This document shows positions 8,624 to 16,112 of a DNA stretch of 23,300 bases, piece by piece. The DNA is taken from NCBI GenBank assembly GCA_021790815.1, contig JAJYFT010000023.1, positions 1-23,300 of the forward strand, in the 5' to 3' direction. This DNA is from Actinomycetes bacterium. Lineage in GTDB: Bacteria > Actinomycetota > Acidimicrobiia > Acidimicrobiales > JABEUL01. The notes beneath the pieces are model-generated. The model did not search any database and was not told the origin of the DNA. It saw only the letters and a list, made by a program, of their open reading frames with translations. The position numbers were made by a program, and so were the translations under genes. Each line of letters starts with the position of its first letter. The first letter of the stretch is position 1.

Positions 8624-9973
8624 CTAGTTTGAGACAGGCACATCAACATCAGCTACCGTGCCGTTTACAGCTGTTGAATTGCGAAGTGAATCGTAAATCG
8701 TAATGCCTTGTGCAATTAATCCAGCCAACATCTCACTCACTCCTTGAGAACCATTCAGTACAGTCAAATTCGAACTTGCAATTGCCTTAGCAGAAGCCTC
8801 TACTAACTGTGGAAGCTGTTCAATTAATAAATTGGCTGCAATTAATTGCTGATTTCCATTTGCTAGAGACTTTGCGTTTACTTCATTTGCCTCAGATTCA
8901 GCTTTTGCAATCTCTCGTTCCTTGTAAGCTTCACCATCAGCCAAAGCCATAGTCGAATCAGACTCCGCTCGTGCTCTCTTGAGCTGAGCTTCCGCTTCAG
9001 CCTCTGCAAGTTCACGTATCTGCGAAGACTTTGCTTCAGTGTTAAATTTAACTTCATCTCTATGTGCCTCAGCTTCAGTTCTCAATCTAAAAGCATCTGC
9101 TTCTATCTGCATTTTTGTTGAATCTCTTGAAGCTTCTGCAAGTGTTCTTTGACGATACGCCTCAGCATCGGCTGGTCTTCTAATCTCAGACTCAAGTTTC
9201 CTATCTGTAAGCTGAGACATTCGCTCTGCAACCGAAGTCTGTTCGGCAATAACTTCCTGCGATGCTTTCGCTTGAGACAATGGCCCGGCCTGCGAAGCTT
9301 TCGCCTTTGCTTGTTCAATCTCTGCTGTAAAACCGGCTTCCTTGATTTGTGTATCACGTACAAATTGAGCCTTAAGAGCCAACGCTTCCTGTTCTTTTTG
9401 TGTGGCTTCTTGATCTGCTTTTGCAGCAGCTATTCTCGCGAGACTCGCTACTTGGGCTGCATGTGGGGCTGCAATGTTGTTAATGTAACCAGTCTTATCA
9501 TCTATCTCCTGGACTAAAAGTGAATCTACGACGATCCCCATCTTTTCCATCTCTGAATGGCTACCGTCTTTTACTTCTTGGGCTAATCGGTCTCTCTCCC
9601 TTATAATTTCTTCAACGGTCAAGCTTCCAATAATTGATCTCAAGTGACCCGCAAATATCTTTCCCACCAACTGACTCATTTCAGCCTGTTCTGAAAGAAA
9701 CCTCCTAGCGGCGTTTGAAATCGAAATCGGATCGTCTCCCACCTTAAAAGCCGCAACTGCTTTAACCATAATCCTAATTCCTTGAGTAGTAATGCACTCT
9801 TCTACGATCACTGATTCTTGTAATGCCAAAGTTAGGTATTTGACGCTGTGTTTAATAGGTATTATTAAAGATCCTTTCCCCGTTACGATTCTGAAGCCTG
9901 TAACGTCACCTGACCTTCTGGCCCCAGATATTAGCATCGCTTCATTCGGTGCTGGCACTTTCCAAAATAACAT
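8624..9973 (-). CDS. Flotillin-like SPFH/band-7 protein (449 aa) with an Ala/Glu-rich coiled-coil flotillin domain. It lacks an N-terminal membrane hairpin.
   Basis: The N-terminus NEAMLISGARRSG...IMVKAVAAFKV is an SPFH core, followed by a long EA-rich repeat region. AGGAGG lies 5 nt upstream of the ATG on the minus strand at 9979-9984, and the start is 17 nt downstream of the NfeD-like gene's stop. Confidence 0.85.
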   Translation of the reverse strand: MLFWKVPAPNEAMLISGARRSGDVTGFRIVTGKGSLIIPIKHSVKYLTLALQESVIVEECITTQGIRIMVKAVAAFKVGDDPISISNAARRFLSEQAEMSQLVGKIFAGHLRSIIGSLTVEEIIRERDRLAQEVKDGSHSEMEKMGIVVDSLLVQEIDDKTGYINNIAAPHAAQVASLARIAAAKADQEATQKEQEALALKAQFVRDTQIKEAGFTAEIEQAKAKASQAGPLSQAKASQEVIAEQTSVAERMSQLTDRKLESEIRRPADAEAYRQRTLAEASRDSTKMQIEADAFRLRTEAEAHRDEVKFNTEAKSSQIRELAEAEAEAQLKRARAESDSTMALADGEAYKEREIAKAESEANEVNAKSLANGNQQLIAANLLIEQLPQLVEASAKAIASSNLTVLNGSQGVSEMLAGLIAQGITIYDSLRNSTAVNGTVADVDVPVSN

Positions 9974-9990
9974 TTTTACCTCCTATTTGA

Positions 9991-10200
9991 TTAGAATTTT
10001 GTCACCATCACAGTTCGCGCTGACAATTTATCCACAATAACGACTTGAGAATGTTTTGCAATTGGCTCATCTGAAATCGCAGTAAAGGCTTCTGAGCCAC
10101 CCCTAACCTGGATTATCACTTCTCCAGGTTTGTCAACCGAAATTGGGATCGAAATAAACCCCATTTTCCCTATCAAATCTTGATCTCCTAAATCGGACAC
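9991..10200 (-). CDS. NfeD-like OB-fold (beta-barrel) protein, short 69-aa form with no TM region. It is a flotillin-associated partner with a GTG start.
   Basis: GKMGFISIPISVDKPGEVIIQVRGGSEAFTAISDEPIAKHSQVVIVDKLSARTVMV resembles the C-terminal OB-fold of NfeD/YuaF proteins. It lies immediately upstream of the flotillin gene, as in yuaF-floT. There is an in-frame stop 15 nt upstream of the GTG, and GGAG precedes the start. Confidence 0.6.
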   Translation of the reverse strand: MSDLGDQDLIGKMGFISIPISVDKPGEVIIQVRGGSEAFTAISDEPIAKHSQVVIVDKLSARTVMVTKF

Positions 10201-10593
10201 CGAGCTTTCTCCATTTCATCTCACGAGTATTGCCCCTTAAGAATAACACAAGGTTACATTTCACACAACAAGTAGGTATTTTGAGATATTCAGATTACAA
10301 CCTAGGCTTAAATTTACTAAATCTACTTTTAATAACTTTTCGCTTACAAAAATCAACATAAAAGCAAAACTGCGAGAGCTAGATAGTTGATTTCGCTTGA
10401 ATTGAGAAAAATGGACTTTAAGATCTGGAAGATCTAGGCTTGTCAAACGGTTAGTTTTCACTCGCCTATGCTGGGGATACTAAAGGTAGCTTGCTGACAA
10501 ATATTTTTCACTATTCTCACTCTAGAACTTGGGTTAACATTCCCTAAAAGGTTATAACAATGTCAATTGGTTAGCTACGAAGCTATTAGAGAA

Positions 10594-11502
10594 TTAACTC
10601 GAAGCTGCTTTTACTATTGCCACTAGCTGGGAGTGGACTGGGACAAAACGAGGAAGCTGTTCGATTGACTGAGTAAGCTCATCTAACGTCCACAATGTTT
10701 CATTTGAAACTTCCTCTGCTATTGACCATCCCTGATAAATGCCTACTGACCCTCCATATACGGAAAAGACTTGACCATTAAATTGACATCCATCCGCCGA
10801 TAAATATCCAACCAAAGGGGATATATTGCCAGGATCAAAAATACTTTTCCTCATTACCTGATTTAAACCTGGAGTCTGAAGAGTAAGCCTCGTTCTTGCT
10901 ATAGGAGCGATACAATTGACCCTTACTCCATATCTTTCCAATTCCTGCGAGTGAACAATTGTCATAGCTGCTATACCTGCTTTAGCTGCAGAATAATTCG
11001 TTTGGCCGACATTTCCATGCAATCCTGCTGCCGATGAGGTATTGACAATTGTCCTTTGTTTAATATTTCCACTTTTCGCCTGATCTCTAAAGTACTTGGC
11101 AGCAAAGTGAGAAACTGCAAACGTTCCTTTTAGATGAACTCCAATCACTGAGTCAAAGTCATCTTCGGTCATTGAAACCAACATATGATCTCTAAGAATC
11201 CCAGCATTATTGACAACACCATGCAAATCACCAAATGCTTCAACAGCCGAATTTATAATGTTTTCCGCTCCAGAAAACTCAGTTACACTATCGTAGTTTG
11301 CTACCGCCTCTCCACCGTCATTTAGGATCTCGTCCACTACGCTTTGTGCAGCTTCTGCACTATTGCCTGAACCATCAGTTCCACCTCCGAGGTCATTAAT
11401 TACTACTTTTGCGCCATGTGACGCAAGGAACTTCGAGTGCTCGCGTCCAATTCCTCTTCCGCCTCCAGTAACAATAATCACTCTTCCTTCAAGGCTTGTC
11501 AA
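10594..11502 (-). CDS. Short-chain dehydrogenase/reductase of the MFE-2 / 17beta-HSD4 / Hsd4A type, probably a (3R)-hydroxyacyl-CoA dehydrogenase. It has a TTG start.
   Basis: TGGGRGIG Rossmann motif, [10 protein letters not shown] and NYSAAK (the YxxxK catalytic motif). I recalled strong similarity to the N-terminal dehydrogenase domain of peroxisomal multifunctional enzyme 2. The start overlaps the thiolase stop (TTGA). Confidence 0.8.
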   Translation of the reverse strand: MTSLEGRVIIVTGGGRGIGREHSKFLASHGAKVVINDLGGGTDGSGNSAEAAQSVVDEILNDGGEAVANYDSVTEFSGAENIINSAVEAFGDLHGVVNNAGILRDHMLVSMTEDDFDSVIGVHLKGTFAVSHFAAKYFRDQAKSGNIKQRTIVNTSSAAGLHGNVGQTNYSAAKAGIAAMTIVHSQELERYGVRVNCIAPIARTRLTLQTPGLNQVMRKSIFDPGNISPLVGYLSADGCQFNGQVFSVYGGSVGIYQGWSIAEEVSNETLWTLDELTQSIEQLPRFVPVHSQLVAIVKAASS

Positions 11503-12707
11503 TTTAAAGTGCCTCCTTTATACATCGTAACAACAGCTGCTCCCCCGAGCCCTAAATTATGTTGCAGAGCAATTTTCGCTCCCGTTACCTGCCTTTTGTC
11601 TGCCTTGCCTCTAAGCTGCCAAGTTAGTTCTGAACACTGAGCAAGCCCGGTTGCGCCCAAAGGATGTCCTTTTGAGATTAAACCACCCGATGGGTTTACA
11701 ACTACCGAACCACCGTATGTGACTGCACCTGAATTTATTAATTCACCAGCTTTGCCTTCGCCGCACAACTTGAGTGCCTCGTATGTGATGAGTTCATTTG
11801 CACTAAAGCAGTCATGAAGTTCAATAACGTCAATATCTTCAGGACCATATCCGGACTTTTCATACACTTTTTCAGCGGCCGCTCTTGTCATATCAAATCC
11901 CACTAAGCTCATATCGCTTCCTGAAAAAGTCGAGTCAAAATCTGTAGTCATCTCCTGAGCTACTATTTCAACTGCTTGTGCTTCCAAGCCGTGTTCTCGA
12001 ACAAAGCTCAACGATGCGACAATTGCGGCACCACCTCCATCTGAGGTTGGACAACACTGAAGTTTGGTTAAGGGATCATAAATCATCGGAGCATTTAATA
12101 TATCCTCCAAGGTATACTCATCTTGAAACTGTGAATATGGATTGTTTACTGAGTGGCGGTGATTTTTCTCTCCAATTTTTGCGAACACTTCTTTTGTGAC
12201 CCCATACTTCTCCATATACTCTCTTCCAGCATTTCCAAACATTTGGGCAGCCGGAGGAGCGGCGACAACTCCCCTTCTATCTTTCATATCCATAAAATGT
12301 CTGTCCATTGGTGGAGTACGGTCCATAAATTTAAGCCCTAACGATCCTTTTTCCATCTTTTCAAAGCCAATCGCTAATGCGCAGTTCGATAAGCCACCTT
12401 CAACAAATCTCCTTGCAAGGAAAAGAGCGCTCGAACCTGTTGAACAATTATTATTTACATTAACTGCCGGGATGCCTGTCATCCCAAGTTCATACAAAGC
12501 ACGCTGCCCGGCAGTTGAATCACCGTAGCAGTAGCCAATAAAGGCAGCCTCTACCTCCGAGTAACTAATCCCAGCATCGTCGAGCGCCTTTTTACCCGCT
12601 TCTCTTCCCATGTCTGGATAATCCCAATCTCGAGAACCAGGCTTTTCAAACTTTGTCATGCCAACACCAATTACAAACGTTCTCTCTCCCAAAATAACAC
12701 CTCTCAT
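11499..12707 (-). CDS. SCP-x / nonspecific lipid-transfer-protein-type thiolase (3-ketoacyl-CoA thiolase-like). It has a TGA stop.
   Basis: VIGVGMTKF near the N-terminus, the thiolase active-site region [14 protein letters not shown], and a C-terminal [11 protein letters not shown] motif. Confidence 0.8.
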   Translation of the reverse strand: MRGVILGERTFVIGVGMTKFEKPGSRDWDYPDMGREAGKKALDDAGISYSEVEAAFIGYCYGDSTAGQRALYELGMTGIPAVNVNNNCSTGSSALFLARRFVEGGLSNCALAIGFEKMEKGSLGLKFMDRTPPMDRHFMDMKDRRGVVAAPPAAQMFGNAGREYMEKYGVTKEVFAKIGEKNHRHSVNNPYSQFQDEYTLEDILNAPMIYDPLTKLQCCPTSDGGGAAIVASLSFVREHGLEAQAVEIVAQEMTTDFDSTFSGSDMSLVGFDMTRAAAEKVYEKSGYGPEDIDVIELHDCFSANELITYEALKLCGEGKAGELINSGAVTYGGSVVVNPSGGLISKGHPLGATGLAQCSELTWQLRGKADKRQVTGAKIALQHNLGLGGAAVVTMYKGGTLN

Positions 12708-12723
12708 TTCTAAAGTTATGTAC

Positions 12724-12764
12724 TGTCACTAATGACTTTATTGACAATATCCATAAGCTGTCAA
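12724..12764. promoter_or_regulatory. Candidate operator sites in the divergent thiolase/SDR - acyl-CoA synthetase intergenic region: the imperfect palindrome TGTCACTAATGAC, and the inverted repeat TTGACA-N12-TGTCAA
   Basis: Read directly from the sequence at 12724-12736 and 12741-12764. Both sit within the 131-bp divergent intergenic region. Confidence 0.3.
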
Positions 12765-12838
12765 ATTGATCGATTTAAATAGTGATTACCTCATTTCAAG
12801 TGGACAAATATTTATTGAATGCATTAAATTGGAGATCA

Positions 12839-14488
12839 ATGTCTTTTAACCATTGGGAACTTTTTGATGCAGTTGCTACTGCTATACCTGATCGCATAGC
12901 TCTTATACACGGCAATATACGCCTAACCTACAATGATCTTCGTGAACGTTCCATTAAACTCGCTACTTACTTGTGTGAGAAAGGAGTTAAAAAGCCACAG
13001 CAAGCCTTAAACGGTTGGGAATCGGGGCAGGATCATGTTGGCCTTTATCTTTATAATGGAAATGAGTACATTGAGGGGACTTTTGGTTCATACGCTACAC
13101 GAGCAGTACCATTTAATATCAACTATAAGTACACAAGTGACGAACTTGCGTACCTGCTTAATGATGCAAAACCATTTGCAATAATATTTCATTCATCATT
13201 TTCAAACACTTTGTCCGAGGCCCTAAAACACATCAAAATAAAACCGTTACTTCTTTGTGTCAAAGAAAATAACAACGATATTCTGATTGATGGCGCAGTT
13301 GACTATGAAGATGCTCTGCTATCGATTACCAATACATATCCAACATTTCTTGAAGAAAATGTTGGAAAGCCTGATCCAAGTGATCTCTACATTCTCTACA
13401 CCGGCGGAACAACGGGTATGCCTAAAGGGACCTTATGGTATCAAAAAGACATCTACGAAGTCTCCATGAAAGTTTTTGCTGCACGCCTTGGAGTAGCTCC
13501 AATATCTATTGAAGCGATTGCAAATGGGGCAGTCAATGCAAGTCGAGCGGTATCGATGCCTCTTCCTCCCTTTATGCACGGCGCATCTCAGTGGGTTGCC
13601 CTTGGAAACCTGCTTGCAGGATTTACCATAGCTCTACCTGATGACGTAAAGCGATTTGACGCAGCTGACTTTTGGAGAACTGTTGAAAGAGAAAAGGTTG
13701 AATCTACTGTGATAGTTGGCGATGCTTTTGCTCGACCACTTTGTGAGGAACTAGAAAAAAACCACTATGACACTTCATCACTTGTATTTATTGCAACTGG
13801 TGGAGCAATTACGACTAAAGACGTAAAAGCGCGCCTCCTTAAGAATCTTCCTAATATCATAATTGCTGATGTTGGAGGATCTTCCGAGTCAGGCGCAATA
13901 TTAACCAATATATCTCGAAACGGGAGCGAGGTAGATACAGGAAAGTTCTTCCCTAACCCTGGCACTATCGTCGTTGATGAAGCATTTCAACATATTCTAG
14001 ATAAAGGTCACGACGGGATTGGATGGCTCGCAAAAACGAGTCCCATACCACTTGGCTACCTAAACGATCAAGAAAAATCAATGAAGACTTTCATTAAGGT
14101 TGGCGGCGAAAGAGTAGCAATACTAGGCGATCGAGCCAGACTTTTGGAAAATGGCCAGGTAGAACTACTTGGTCGAGAATCAGTCACAATAAACACAGGT
14201 GGTGAAAAAGTATTTGCGGAAGAAGTAGAGACTGCTCTCGTATCACATCCCGAGATAGTAGACGCTATAGTAGTAGGGATTCCAAGCGAGCGTTGGGGAT
14301 CTCAGGTTTGTGCCGTCATTGAACTATATGAAAATTCAAGCGTAACTGACAACGAAATAGTTAAATTTTTAAGTTGCTCACTTGCCAAATTTAAGGTTCC
14401 AAAGAAAATAGTCCGGGTTCACAAAGTTAAAAGAAGCGCAGCTGGGAAAGCTGACTATGCTTGGGCTCATAAAATCTCGAATGAGTAG
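12839..14488 (+). CDS. AMP-forming acyl-CoA synthetase / fatty-acid-CoA ligase (FadD-like). The start is placed at the ATG with an SD; the track ORF began at an upstream GTG at 12782.
   Basis: AMP-binding motif YTGGTTGMPKG. GGAG lies 5 nt upstream of ATG 12839. The N-terminus MSFNHWELFDAVATAIPDRIALIH is typical of this family. Confidence 0.8.
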   Translation: MSFNHWELFDAVATAIPDRIALIHGNIRLTYNDLRERSIKLATYLCEKGVKKPQQALNGWESGQDHVGLYLYNGNEYIEGTFGSYATRAVPFNINYKYTSDELAYLLNDAKPFAIIFHSSFSNTLSEALKHIKIKPLLLCVKENNNDILIDGAVDYEDALLSITNTYPTFLEENVGKPDPSDLYILYTGGTTGMPKGTLWYQKDIYEVSMKVFAARLGVAPISIEAIANGAVNASRAVSMPLPPFMHGASQWVALGNLLAGFTIALPDDVKRFDAADFWRTVEREKVESTVIVGDAFARPLCEELEKNHYDTSSLVFIATGGAITTKDVKARLLKNLPNIIIADVGGSSESGAILTNISRNGSEVDTGKFFPNPGTIVVDEAFQHILDKGHDGIGWLAKTSPIPLGYLNDQEKSMKTFIKVGGERVAILGDRARLLENGQVELLGRESVTINTGGEKVFAEEVETALVSHPEIVDAIVVGIPSERWGSQVCAVIELYENSSVTDNEIVKFLSCSLAKFKVPKKIVRVHKVKRSAAGKADYAWAHKISNE

Positions 14489-14624
14489 AACTTCTAATAG
14501 CCAATCTATTCCATCAAAAGCATTTTCGTTACCATAAGAAGATACATTTTCTAATGGATTTAAATTACAGCTTAGTATTTGAAGAGGTATCTATGTGCCT
14601 GACAATTTCAAGTAGACAATTAAT

Positions 14625-15263
14625 CTAAGGACTTTTTATTTTCTTTAGAACCCATAGACTAAGTCCGATTAAAAGAGTTATTAATATTATGAAAGGATAT
14701 GCGATCCAAAAATAATCTGAAGACGGAATGGATGCGTTTGCTCCAATTTTAAATGTTGGCCTCTTGCCATATTTAGCTGCTGCTTTTTCAGCTTCTACGG
14801 GTAAGTTTCAACGTTATCTAATGGTTTCAGATTTTCAGCATTTCCACTTGCCGGTAACATCGCAACTCCTCCTGATATTAAAACATTGCCTTTACTGAGA
14901 AGATCTGCGCCAAATGAAGTATCTCCATTCTCTAACTCTCCTCCATTCACCTATCCATTCTTCGCACTCATATATACCTGAACTTTGCTAAGAGACGTTG
15001 CATCAGTTGCTCCTCCTATAAACACCGCATCAACTGATCTGGTTCTTACTAACTGATGATAGATCAACATCTAAAAACTCAGGTAGTGAGTTTTTCTTTG
15101 TTAGAAATCTATGTGTTGAAAGTTCACTACCAGGAAATATTAAACGTGCTATCACTTGAGCTTTTATTAAAGATTCCTGCTTTAGAGTTAACTTTAAAGA
15201 CTTTAAAATGTCATCTAATCCTACTCTTTTAAAAAGAGAACTGCAACTGCCGCTATTATTCAT
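14625..15263 (-). pseudogene. Frameshifted remnant of a gene for a kelch/beta-propeller-like protein with a C-terminal transmembrane anchor (at least three frame breaks)
   Basis: Minus-strand translation gives consecutive out-of-frame pieces. These include ...DAVFIGGATDATSLSKVQVYMSAKNG*, VNGGELENGDTSFGADLLSKGNVLISGGVAMLPASGNAENLKPLDNVETYP* and VEAEKAAAKYGKRPTFKIGANASIPSSDYFWIAYPFIILITLLIGLSLWVLKKIKSP*. Only a 77-aa ORF (15030-15263) survives in the track. Confidence 0.35.
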
Positions 15264-15780
15264 AGAATGGCAGAATTGGTGGGATCAAGTGGCGAATTTT
15301 ATCTATGAAGCCCAAACTTATCAATCATTACCTCTCATAGTTGTTTAGGGTTCGGTGATGTGAGGTCCTTGATAATGTTTGGAACAGTTTTTATTTGATT
15401 TTTGTGAGCGAAGAATCTTTTAAACTTGTAATTATCTTTGGACTTATTTGATCTCAACTGATATCGAGAATTTTCTGATAAGCCTGAAGCTGTTCTGCCT
15501 TTAGCCAGGAGAGCTTTAACATTATTTGTCTTTCGGGGGTGACCTTTTTAGCTGGCATCTGTTAGAGCCCGAACCTTAAGATCTTTAGTTCAGCAATATT
15601 CAAAATTCCTTCCCAACAAAGCAGTTGAAACCATCTCACCAAGTCCAGCAAAGCTAGCAACCTGATTTCAACCCGTTCCCACAATAACCGCTTAGTAATG
15701 ATTGTAGTAATTTAGTAAATGCCTTCTCTTTTGTTGGAAAACTTTTAGTTCTAACGCATATTTACCGGCATCAAGGTAAT

Positions 15781-15836
15781 ATTTTCGCGCATGGGTAGCT
15801 TTAAATTATATGGTTGAGTGAATAATCGCGGCTAAC
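15781..15836 (+). repeat. Copy B of the duplicated non-coding element (core; weaker similarity extends upstream to ~15729). It lies in an ORF-free gap, same orientation as copy A.
   Basis: attttcgcgcatgggtagctttaaattatatggttgagtgaataatcgcggctaac versus 47-103. Confidence 0.55.
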
Positions 15837-16112
15837 CAAACGTAGTGAATTGGTTTTTTAAGTTGAAAGTTTTTACCATTTTTTTATAATCTCACAATTA
15901 TTGATTTAGGTACTATCACGATTTACTTGGCCAAACGTAACAAGTTACAGCTATTTTTTATTATTCTCTTAACTTGCTCACTTAAAATATGAGCGAAAAT
16001 ATCTATCGAAATGTATAAATCTCAAGTTGAAATAAATATGCCAATTCCTAACGCATGCTTGCCAATTGCTAACAAGCTCATTTTGACGTCGACGTTCAAA
16101 TGCAGCTATCAG

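Noticed and set aside
9103-10461. Track ORFs 9103-9363(-), 9149-9517(+), 9792-10040(+) and 10261-10461(-)
   Set aside because: The first three are alternative frames of the flotillin gene, whose EA-rich codons create Arg/Lys/Leu-rich shadow ORFs. 10261-10461 is intergenic with no SD and a low-complexity product.
11437-13965. Track ORFs 11437-11640, 11978-12199, 12153-12341, 12196-12528, 13287-13469 and 13765-13965
   Set aside because: These are shadow ORFs inside the thiolase and acyl-CoA synthetase genes.
16086-16095. Perfect 10-bp palindrome ACGTCGACGT just downstream of the LAL regulator stop, considered as a terminator or operator
   Set aside because: It has no loop and no flanking complementarity or T-tract, so it is not a credible intrinsic terminator. 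A 10-bp palindrome alone is weak evidence for an operator.
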